NCBI GenBank assembly: GCA_013265495.1
Contig: MU058065.1
Coordinates: 1,648,364 to 1,712,363 of the forward strand
Direction of reading: 5' to 3'
Length of the DNA: 64,000 bases
Origin: Vicugna vicugna
Lineage: Eukaryota
The first letter of the stretch is position 1. Every line of letters starts with the position of its first letter. The notes under the pieces were generated by a model, which was not told the origin of the DNA, made no database searches, and saw nothing but the letters and a program-made list of their open reading frames with translations. This document shows, piece after piece, positions 35,701 to 47,700 of the stretch. A program made the translations under genes and the position numbers.

Positions 35701-38700
35701 AGAGTCATCCAGGTTGTTGCATCTATCAGTACTTCACTCTTTTTTACTTCTGAGTAGTATTCCATGCCACAGTAAGTTTAAAAATTCACCTGTTGAATTT
35801 GACACAACACTGTAAAATGATTATGAATCAATAAAAAATGTAAAAAAAAAATTCACCTGTTGAGGACAGCTGGGTTGTTTCCAGTTTGGGGGTAGATTCG
35901 GGGGTGAACATAAGTTTTCACTTCTCTGAGATAAATGCCCAGCGCAGTTGCTGGGTCACACGGTAGCCGTGTGTGTGGGTTCTGAGAACGTGCTGAATTG
36001 TTTTCCAGAGTGGCTGTGCCCTTTCACGCTCCCACTAGATCCTCTGTTGTTGCTATTATGTTCAATTTTAATTCAACTGTTATCACTTTAAATTTTGCCA
36101 ACATTGCTAATCTGTCTGGTGACTTTGGCAATTCCAGTTTCCTCTTTCTAGAGAGAGTGTTTTTAATTAATTATTGAGTCTTATATTCCAAATGTTCATT
36201 TCTTTTTAAATATTAGTCACAGCATTCTGGAAAAAAATTACTCTTGACATTGAAATATTTTCAGTACCTTCATAACTCCCAGGTATATAGTTAGCCTCTT
36301 TCAGAATAAGAGCCTTCAGATTTTAAAAATCTGAAGCTCTAGAAACTTGAAGTATCCCTAATCGCTCTGCAACCAGCGAGTCCTGGAACCAGCTTAAAAG
36401 TCCCCAGCTGTGCCTTTAACATATGCTCTTTTCAGCATAAGTAGATACATCTGTACTGGCAAAACTCTTAAGTATTTCAGCAGATAGATCTGTTGAAATT
36501 CTGAGGTATTCCTAAACAACACAGCCATGCAGCAACTGGACGTGTTCATGAGAAGAAGTCAACCCGTACCTCCTCTGCTACTGGAAACCCTAACCCAGCT
36601 GAGGGGGAATAAGCCCCAAAACCTACACCTTAAACTAATTACTTTTTCCCAAAGCATATATATAATGCTTCAAAGTTGGAAGACAAGCCCTTTTAAAATA
36701 TGATAGATAGAGGTTAAAGATCTTAAGTTTTAACAAAGTACTAAAAATGATCCTTTTTCTAAGAAGACAGTGTCAACAAGCACACAGACCATAATAGCAC
36801 ATACAGTTTGGGCAAAAATGCCTCCAGTGTGATCCTGCAGCCGTAAGACGTTACTTAGAGCTTAGTGTTTAGAGATTTCAAGGTTGGAAATGGCTAACGG
36901 GTATTACAGATATTGAACACCCAGTACTGGGGATGCGGGAGAGGAGGGAGTCTGACATTGGTTCATTCATTCACTCAGTAACTATTACATACGCAGTCTA
37001 CCAAGCACGCCGGTGACAAACGCAGTGATATTTATTTTCCTGCCTTCTCCAGAAAGGCCACTGAACAGCTTTGCTTTTCCAGGGTTCTGACCGACATCGT
37101 GGCCAGGTGCCATGAGGAGCAGCTGGACCACTCCGTCCAGTCCTACATTAAGGTATGAAATTACCACTCGGGCACTGGTCATATCCCCTCGTACTGTGTG
37201 GCTTGTCTCATTTCCTGTCTGCAGTAAGTAGGAAGGCTCTCCCTGTAGCTGGGCGGTGCCCACCACAGTCATATCAGACATTCCCCGGAGCTACTTACAA
37301 TACCGTCTCTTTGCATTGATGGGCTCGATGTAGTGTTTAAATGTATAAATGTATAAATAATGTGTACGTGTGCAGATGAATATTTATAGTGGGAGAGAGA
37401 GCCAAGAAAGAGTCTGTAGAGGAGACGAGAAGTATTGTCCTTTGATGTCAACATTACAAATAAATGCAATTCCTGTGTAAATTTCAGGAAAACATTTCCT
37501 GTTGGTTTGTTGAATGCGCTGTGTTTCTTCTGTAATGTTTTCTTAGCTCTTTTTATTGTTTTCTCAGGCATTATTTCATTTTCCCAGTTACTGTATATTT
37601 GTACCTGCTTCTGGTATGTTAAGTCCTTTATCCTCTGGCATGAACCACTAGCCCATCCCATCGGTGCGCTCGCTTCCTCCAGTGGCCTTGTCAAATGTTC
37701 ACTCAGACGTGGTTTTATTCTCATTTCCAGCTGGTCTGTGAATGAATGCCAGTGAACTTGTGATGATGTTTGCACATTTTAGTTCCGGCTTAAATATCAT
37801 CTTCTTGAATGAGAAGCAAAAAACCCATCCAGAGATAAATAAAAGTACCTTATATTACTTTATAACGCATAGAGGACCTAAATTTCTATTTTTATGCATA
37901 GATTATATCTTTTAGAGACAGAGATCCTTTTACTTAAAAGAGTATATTCCATTAATATGATAGAATATAGCCATTTATTTTAGATATATAGAAAGGCGAC
38001 TAAGAAGAATTTGGGGCATTTTGTGCTACAAACGTGACAAAAATGCTCCTGTAAAAGGAAATAGCTAGAAATTTTATTCTGAGTTGAACCCATCCCTCCG
38101 AGATAGCATCAGTGAGGAATTTTTTTCTCATTACAGTTTTATATGTACATATTTTCTACCTGTCAGAAATGTTAGATGTCTTCCCAAATACCTAAGCATG
38201 AGCCTGTGTCCTTCCTTAAAATGGCCCATACGCCAAAAATAGTTACTTCACAGTAATTTCCCAGTGGTATAATTTTACCCAATAAGATCTACAATTCAAT
38301 TGCCGGCGGCCAGTTCCACCTACAAATGCTTTTTAGTTTGCCCTCTATTTAGTGTAGAGTCACAGCTTACTTTTATAGGGTATTGATGAGTTTATCATTC
38401 AACAAAATCATCTCTCAACATTTACCCCAATTTTCCATTTCAATCACCAAACGGGCTGAGAAGAAAAAAATTCCCCAATCCATACTGCATGAAGTCATCT
38501 CTTTTTCAACACACATTTATCTTGTTTCAACAGAATCATTGGAAATTGCATTAAGAACCACTGATACTGTGGCTCTCGCTGTGACAGTGAGGGCTGGCCC
38601 CTGATGAGAGCCTTAGGTCAGCTCTCAGACAGCATCTGTGATGCTGCAGGGTGTACTGGAAATGCATCCTGGAATGGTCTTTATGTTTAACTAGGATGTT

Positions 38701-41700
38701 CGAAATAGCCTGATGAGACCATCTGATTTTGTGATATAGGAGGTTGCTTATTTAGTTTGCTTTGAAGTGGTTCAAGTGCAGAAATAGACCTATGTGGAAT
38801 TCCAAGCTGATAACAATTCCTCAGGATTTTAGAGCACATAGTTTCGTATATCTAAAACAGACACGGCCTGATAAACATAACCAACTGGAAAGTGCACTCA
38901 AGTAGCAAGGGAGGAAACTAGATTCTCGTTAAGGTTGAATAGTTAACTGTGAGCAAGCCACCTCTCTGAACCTCGTTTTTCTCCTCTGTGTAGTGAGGTG
39001 GGGTGGACCAGATGAACATCCAGCTCTATTATTCTGCGATTTGACTCCTGTTGTAATACATGGCTGAAAGCCTGACCTTGACCAAGGAGTCTGATTTTTT
39101 TTTAACCCTTTGTGGAAAAAATTAGTTTTTAACATATGCATCAACATTAAGCCCCACACGTCAGAGTATAATAAAAACTGCTGCTCATACGTGCTTTGAT
39201 GCCCTTGAGAGATGTGATATTTGATTTAATTTATATTTATTCGGAAGTAAACTAAACACCATTTCAAGTTCAGTGGTGCTAAATGCTGCTAACTCACTCC
39301 ATCTACAATATCCAAAACGCACACATGCACCATGTCTCTTTCAAAGATGTATGTCTGAAGTCGATCTAATCAAATGCCATGGTTTACAGCAATTTGTAGG
39401 GCTGACATGTTCTTGCCAAAATTTTTTAAAACTTCAGAGCTAATTGAAATGCCCTTGGGGCTGAGTCACTGTGCGTGGGATTAAATAGTCAGTGACAACA
39501 CTGCCCTCACCTGAGTCGTAATCCCTGAGGGGAAAAATCATACGACTCTTGATTTTAGCTACTTTCGTGCATCTTTTAGGCTTCTGTTTCTCCCTTGGGA
39601 TGAGCTCGGAGAAGTCAGGCCCCATCAGGACAATTCAGGTGTCAGGGAGCTACGAAGTTCAAAGAAATGGCTAGAGACCCGAATGCAGACGTGCCTCTGC
39701 TTTGACTTTCTTGCCTGCCTTCACCCTTAACTTAGTGAAGTCCCAGTTGTGAACATTATGAAGAAATGACCTTCCTGGAGGCAAACCCAACTCATAAGCA
39801 AAATATTATATATTTTATATTGTAAATATATGTGCATGAACTGATACTTAAAGTATACGAAGAAATGTGGAAAACTAATCATGACGTGCACTCAGCGGTG
39901 CGTGCCAAAACCAATTTTTTAAGGAAAAAAAGAAAGAGCAGCCAGTGTTCATGAGCCCGCTGATAGCTGTGTCTGAGCGTGAGATGGTAGTGGCCCCGGG
40001 CTTGTGGGGAGCTCACCTACTGGCCTCTGGAAGGCGCCTGCTTCCCCACGTGGCTATCTGAGTGGCTATTTGAGTTCTTCATCCTTTCAGGATGAAGAAA
40101 TGCTACCATGCCACCCAGCTGTTGCCAGTGGAAGGAAGGAGAAGGGGAAGTGTATCCCAAGTAGGTGGGTCACAGCCCTCCACGCTTCCTTGAACCTGCT
40201 AAATTGCTCTCTGGCCCTTCGTTTTGCTTTCTACAAAGAGAGTTGCAAGGGGAGCTTAGGTGAGCAAGGCCCTCCCTGTGCAGAGCCCTAAATAGAAGCA
40301 GGTGTGTATCACACTTACCATTGGGCCTTCATTTATTCATGACAAAATCCAGCATGAGCAGATAATTTCGAGACGTGTTATTCATGGAGCACAATGTTTA
40401 AGTATTTAACTTTTTTCCCTTTTTGGACTTTCTTCAGTTCGTGTTCAAGACCAGGGCGTGCAAGGAGAGAACTATACATGAGGAACTGGCTAAAAATGTG
40501 ACTGGTCTTTTGAAGTCAAATGACTCCACAACAGTCAAGCATGTCCTGAAGGTAAAGAATTTGAAGACGCTCCTTTCATTGTTGGTACCTGGGATGACTT
40601 ACTCTCAACCCGGAAGGTGATAGGAGTCATTGATTTCTATGGCTCATTTCTCTTATAGTTCCTGGTACAAGCTTCATGTTGAAACTGTGGCATATGAAAA
40701 TATTAAGCAAAAGAGATCTATGTCAAGAGAACAAATCCTCTTAGAAAGCAGAATGTACCCAATTTGTCCTTTGGCCCAAAAGCAGAATGAATAACTATTA
40801 AAAATGACCTAAAGTATGCAGAAATGCTAAGGGTATCAAAAATAAAGTTTATTGGGCTTTTAGACACAGTAGGAGGGAAAAGGATTAATGATGTGTTAAT
40901 GAATATACTGACAGCTGAGAAGAAACAGATAAACAGCCACTCTCTGACCCCCAAAATTTGAAACACATGCATTTGCAGGAACACAAAGAAGAGATGGTGA
41001 GAAAATTATAAAGAGATAACTCTAAACTATTAGAGACAAGTGAATTTAGTCCTCTGCTGAATTATCTGTCATGGTTTGACAGAGAGATGATTGATTGGTC
41101 AGTAGCTAGGAGGGAAGGCTGAAGGTTGGATCAATAAGTGTCAACATGAGTTCACTAAAGTCAAATCATCCTAAGCCAAGCCATTTGTTTGTTTAAATTT
41201 AAATTAGCCATATGACTCTATTCGTTCAGTTTATCCAACAAATACATTCTGAGTGCCTTGCTCACGACTAGCGCCATCCTCACCATCCTAGCCACGGGAC
41301 ATGCATCAGAGAACAGAGTGAGATCTCTGTCCTGGGGAAGCTTACCTTCTACTGTGGGAGAAAAGCAACCAACTACACATATGATAACAGGATTAATTAA
41401 ATTGTATGTTAGGAGGTGAGAAGTAGCAAGGGAAAAGAAAACGTCAAGCAGGTAAGGGGAACTGGGAGTGCTCAGGGTGCAGGGTGAGGTTTGCAGTTTT
41501 GTATAGAAGGCTCAGGATGTGGAGGTGGGGTAGAGCTCAGTGGTAGAGCGTGTGCTTAGCATGCACAAGGTACTGGGTTCAACCCCTGGTACCTCCATTA
41601 AACAAATAAATAGATAGATAAATAAGTAAATAGAATGATCAGGATAGAGCTTATAAAGAAGGTAATACTTGAACGAAAAATGTGAAGGAGGTGAGGGACC

Positions 41701-44700
41701 CACCGGCCTTGGGGATGTTTAGGGTAGGATATTAATGGTAGAGGAGAAAACATATAGTATTTGTCTGTCTTTGTCTGACTTATTTCACTAAGCATCATAC
41801 CCTCCACATCCACAGTGTCACAAATAACAAAATTTCATTCAGTTATATGTGGAATCTAAAAAATAAACAAACGAATGTAAGAAAACAGACACAGACTCAC
41901 AGACATGGAGAACTAGTGGTTACCAGAGGGGAGTGGAGCAGGGGAGGGGCAAAATAAATGCAGGGGGATAAGAGGTTCAAACTGCTGGGTATAAAATACG
42001 TAAGTAACAAGGATATAATCAATATTCAGCACAGGGTATCTAGCCAAGATTGTATACCAGCCTTATATGGAGTATAATCTATAAAAATATTGATTCACTG
42101 AAATTAATGTAATATTGTAGGTCAACTATAACTCAACTTAAAAAAAAGATATAGAGGGTAAGACCAGTATAAAGTCGTAAGGCGGCAGCATGCCTGGTGG
42201 ACGTGCCTGAAAGACGGCAGGGAGGCTGAGGTGCTGAAGTCCAGTGAGCGAAGAAGAGAAGAGGCAGGATGCAGCCAGAGAGGCAAGGGGAGCTTTGGCA
42301 AGTGACGTAAGGCCTGGGGGCCCCTGCAGGGGTTTTGGTTTCTACTCAGAGCGAAATCGGGAGCCATTAGTGGGTTTTGAGCAGAAGAGTGATGGGAACT
42401 GCCCTTGGTTTAAAAGGATCGCTCTGATGGCCGTACAGAGAGCTGCCTGTAGACAGGGTGGAGATGGAGGCTGCTAAAGAGGGCTGCCTGCCCAGGGAGG
42501 CTAGGTTCTCAGGGGAGAAACAGCGTTTAGCTAAAAGACAAGGTGAAGGGAGTGTCTGGAGAAGTTGCATCTTTAGGGCATCTTGGTGGTGATGGACGTG
42601 TGGTCCAGACTGAAGGAATGGTGGGTGGACTTCAGGAAATGGGAAGCAGTGAGCTACAGGTACAAAACGGAACGTGCAGCATCCTGCCGAGAGCGGAGTG
42701 GGGTGCCCACCGTTATCAGACGTGAACAGAGGTGAGAGGCCCAACGTGATGAGTCCTGGTGGACTTGAGGCAAATAGTGGAGGCAGGACGGGGTGCTGAG
42801 GGCTGGAGAGTGGCAGGTCTTAGTTAAATTAAGAGACAAATGTCACAACGGTTAAAAAATATTTTGGACAAGATGTGGGTGCCTTGTATTAATTAAATAT
42901 TCCCAACAACATGAATTTCATTTCCGATATCGAGTTTACTAAGAACAGATCCCTTTACTGAGCCAGAGGTGCCCCTTTAGAACTTAAACATTTGTTCTTC
43001 CTCATTTCAATCTTCTAGCTTTAGGACCAGGTACTCGAAAGTTTTTAACAGCATGGTCTGTATCAGCCTAAAATTGGGTATAATTCAAGGGCCCATCAGT
43101 AGTGGAGCAGAGAAGTCAATTGGGATTATATGTGTGATGCGGTGACAATAGAGGACCCCCAGCTATATAACTCAACATAAATGACCCTCAGAAAAGAATC
43201 TGTTGAATGAAAAAGACAATCACAAGAGAATACAAAGAGGATGACTCTGTTTATACGCAGTTCAGTGGCATGTGTAATACTGGTAATAACTTATAATGAT
43301 ATAGAATATGAAAAAGAATATACATGCATGTAACTGAACAAAATGCTGTACATCAGAAACTAACACAACATTGTAAATCTACTCCAATTAAAAAACAAAA
43401 AAAGGCTATTCTATAGAAACAGTGGAACTAGACACTTGTCAGGAATGAAGTGCTTCTGGGGGTCTATTTCAGTAAACAGTTTCTAAGGTCAAAAAAATGG
43501 TAGCAAAATTATGAAGTAGAGCAAGGGAGTGATGAGCACAAAATTCAAAATTGTTACCTGTGGTGGAGAGGCCGGGGAGGGAAGAAGAGCTTTAAACTGT
43601 ACATATGAGATGTATGTGTATCGGAGATACAACCTCAGACCCAAGGAGGGGGGCTGCCGTCCTTGGATGTGCTTTGGTCTCCTCCAGCTGCACCCCTTCC
43701 TGTAGGAAAAGGTATGAGAGTGCCCAAGAGCAGTGACCCCTGGGGGGCCCCCTTCTCTTCAGGACCTCTTTCCTAAGTCCATCCTTCAGAGGGAAAATCC
43801 TGTTGCCTGAGTGCGTCCCCAGACCCAAAGGAGAGAGAAGGACTGGCTTGTGGACAGCGCTTGATGTGTAGGCTGGACAGTCACCCATGTGCACCCCGGG
43901 CTCCTGAGGTGTAGGACGGAGCCTTGGTGAGAAGAGGGGGCAGGCCGGGGCCCGGCCCTCCCAGTGCCCCCACGTTCCAAGTTGTCACGGAGTTCTTTTC
44001 ATCAAGATAGGAGGATCCAGCATATTTCATTTGACACTTTGTTACCTCGACTTTGAACTTTTTGATGTTTACGCACGTGACTTTCACTTTTACTCTTGCC
44101 TCTGTCCCGTTGGGGTGGGCTTAACGACCACATATTTTCATATAAAGAGTTTAGTTTTGTTTAACTAAGTGAAACAAACAGCACACCCAGTGAAGAAGTA
44201 TTTCATGAGACTGCTGTCTAATCAGCCACGTCGAGTAAACCAGTATCTTGTTTTAGTTTAAACATTCTTTGACATGACTGAGGAACAGAAATGTCTGGCA
44301 GTTACTCTTATCATTGGAACTTTGATAAGATTCTCCTAACATGATGGAGAATGTATTATTATTCTGATACACTTAATTTCAAAGAACACGTGTTAAGATA
44401 AAGATTTCATAATATCACATGTTGTGAAGAAAAGGATTATCATAATTTTACCATAAGATAATAAATTTCTTGTTGTCTTTTCTTTTCCTAACAGCATTCC
44501 TGGTTCTTCTTTGCAATTATCCTAAAATCAATGGCACAGCACTTGATTGACACAGATAAAATTCAGGTAAGATTATAGGTAATATAATAGTATGCAGCAG
44601 TTACGCTCATGAATATACACTCATCAGCTCCGTTTTCATTTGCTATGTAAACCTTAGCAGTGTATGTTAATTGCTTTTTGAAGGGGAGAAATGATTGTGT

Positions 44701-47700
44701 GGGTGAGTACAGGTCCTTCAGAAGCAGATGCCAGGACAAAATTAGAAATGCAAAATGGCTACAAAGGACACGAGGGACAGGCAAAAGGACCCGAAGATCT
44801 GCCACCTTTGAGAGGAGATGGCAGAGGAAGGAAGATCACGTAGAAGGAGACTTGCAGTGAGAAAGTTTTAGCTGGGCCAGTGGGCCATCTGAGAGCAAAG
44901 AAGGTTCATTAGAAGAGTCCACAGTGAGCGGGTGGCCCCATTCTGGTACCTCTGCTGACTCAGTTGTTACTCAGAGCAGCCTGGGGAGAAGTTGGCCTTG
45001 GTATGAATGTGTGAGTGGACCCCCAAAGACTTAGTGGCTCTTGCATCCATCCCGGTAAATTTTATCTTGAAGGAATAGCTGAGCTGTGCACGTCCATGGC
45101 TGCCACCACGGTCTACAGTCCACAGTTTACACCATGTATCACATGTGTTCGCCAGTCCTCTCCTCCGTGAAAGGAAACTTGGAAGAAGGAGGCTGGTGGG
45201 ATTAACTGTAGCCCCTCTTACCGTCGTGGTCTGGGGACCCTCCATGGATCTTATCACCTCCATCCTCTACCGTGTGGTCTGGATTCCCCTCACCCTCAGC
45301 CGGCAGCTCTGAAAGCCTCGGTGACTTAGCTCTTGTGACCCGAGCCCTCTTTCCAGAGTGATCCAGATGGTCTCAGCCTCTGGTAACCATGCTCTACTCA
45401 GACCACTCATAGTTACAACTAGGTACGGAGGACCTAGAAGCTCCCCAGTGAGTCACCTGAGTTCCATGCATGTTTCCCTCTGTTCTCATCGTGGGTAAGG
45501 CCAAGGGGGAACCTCTGACACCACACCTCGCCCACCAGGAGATGTAACCAGGACCTTACTGCAGGGCGTGGAGATGGTGTGAACAGCGATATTGTCTCCA
45601 GTTACACTCTTGGTGGAGGAGGGGCAGTGTCAGGGGCTTCCACTGGGCCATCGTCTCCACTGGGATAGCTTGAGGGCCAAGCATCCAGCGTGAGGTTACT
45701 CCACTGCCAATTAGATCCGTATAAATTATACATCTGGACCAGGCAAATGGCTACTGGGTGGATCTTTGAACCTAATGGACCTGCTGTTAACAGAACTTCG
45801 GGCAGGACTACTGTATAGATCCTGTAATAAGGTTCCCACTCTTAACTGGGTTGACGTGATGGCGTTTTGGTCTCCAGATGTCAATATCAACTCCGATCTT
45901 GTGTTCAGTAGTGCTTGAAACATACGTATTCCCCTCTGCCTAGTGTGGTCACCTGAGAGAAGCCTGTGGGGCCCTTTGGAGAAGGACTGGTAGAATCATC
46001 ACAAGAGGAGGGACCTGCCTCCTCTTCAGTCTGTGGGGACCTGATCTGAAAATTGACTCTGTCTGGTCCAAGAAAAAAGGGAGGAATATTGGCTACTTAC
46101 TGGAATAAACACCCTTATCTCCTGATTGTCCATTCTTGGTTCCGTCTAACACCACATTTTCTGTTTTCTGTATATGGTGAAAAATGCAAGTCTAATTTTA
46201 AAGCCGACTCATAAAGGTGAACGGGTCTTACCTATCTCGTGCAACGGGCTGAGTAAATTCACAAAGTAGAGACTAAGGTGGGGAAGCTCAGCTGCCTGAA
46301 ACTTCCCCCTGGTGGGCAGGACTTCAGACAGAAGGAGTGGGTTCCTGGACCTGAGGGCAGTCTTTAGGGGTTTAGAGAGTTCTGTGTGATGTATATTATG
46401 TCATCTCACAGCCAGATCACTTTTCATCTTGTGGCAAAAGCATCTTGACTGTGAAGTCGCACTGGCACCTGCCGTGGCATATGCTGGGACCACTGAGTTG
46501 ACTCGCTGGTACAAACTTTCAGCTATAAAATGAATAAACTTTGACCATCTAATGGAGAACATGGTGATTATAGTTGATAACACTGTATTGTTATAATTGA
46601 AATTTGCTAAGAGAATAGAACTTAAATGTTCTCCCCTCAAAAATATATATGTCAGGTGATTGATGTCTTAATAAAGTATGTGGGGGAGTCCTTGCATATG
46701 TGTATCAAAAGACCACAGTGTACACTTTAAATATCTTACCATTTTATATGTCAATTATATCTCTTAATAAAGCTGAAATTTTTTTTAAAAAAAGAGTAAT
46801 TAGGGGACATTTCAGACCAATATCTGTGCTCAGTCAGTTATTCATTTACTGATTCCTTATACTTGTTTATTGGAGCATTCTTGGTTTTAACAAATCAAAA
46901 AAACAGATTTCTAAATTAAACAGAGAACTATGAGTTAAAGAAAATCTAGAATAATCTTCATTTTCTGAGCGTGAAGGGAGAGGAATTAAGAGGTTATAGA
47001 AAATGTTACATTTCTACATTGCCTGAGTAGTTTGCAATTCAGGTGTGTTATCATATTACTTTATAATGAAAAAGTGAAAAATTAATTGGCCAAAATAGAA
47101 GGAAGCATTAAATGAAAGTGATGGAAAGCATGACCTTAACATTAAAATTTTAATTACTGCCTTCAAGTTTTCAAAAGGACTGTCTTTTGTGCGATGATAT
47201 AAAAGGTAATAGGTCTTACAGCTGATGCTTTGCAGCCTTCGGATGTCACAGGCCCCGTTATAAACAAATGACCCATTCTTTCCTTAGCTTTCCCGGCCTC
47301 AGAGATTTCCTGAATCTTACCAAAACGAATTGGACAATCTTGTCATGGTTCTGTCTGACCACGTGATTTGGAAAAACAAAGACGCACTTGAAGAAACAAG
47401 AAGGGCAAACCACAGCGTCGCCAGATTTCTTAAGGTACAGTTAGTTAACACAAGCTCACGGTTGCATTGAAGCCCCCGTGACAGTGGATGCAAATTACGT
47501 GAAATGTTCATTGTCATGGCTTCATTTATGATGAGGAGTCACGACCATCACTGTGAGATGAGTACTTCCACCTCTACTGCTTTCCTGCTTGAAATACCTT
47601 TTGAGATTCTTTTTCCAATTTGGAGTCACATAGAACAACAGCCAAGGTTAGAGAAACCTGTCTACTTGAGTGTTGCCAAATGTCGTTCTTCTTTATTTTT

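Larger units (their letters stand above)
41220..42830 (-). mobile_element. L2 LINE 3' portion carrying nested SINE and L1 insertions
   Basis: ttcgttcagtttatccaacaaatacattctgagtgcc (L2 tail reversed)...gagccattagtgggttttgagcagaagagtgat...tttaaaaggatcgctctg. Confidence 0.75.

Noticed and set aside
41519..41600. tRNA-Ala(AGC)-like sequence as a real tRNA gene
   Set aside because: Carries an A-rich tail and TSD and has imperfect stems, so it is a SINE; the same applies to 10613-10690.
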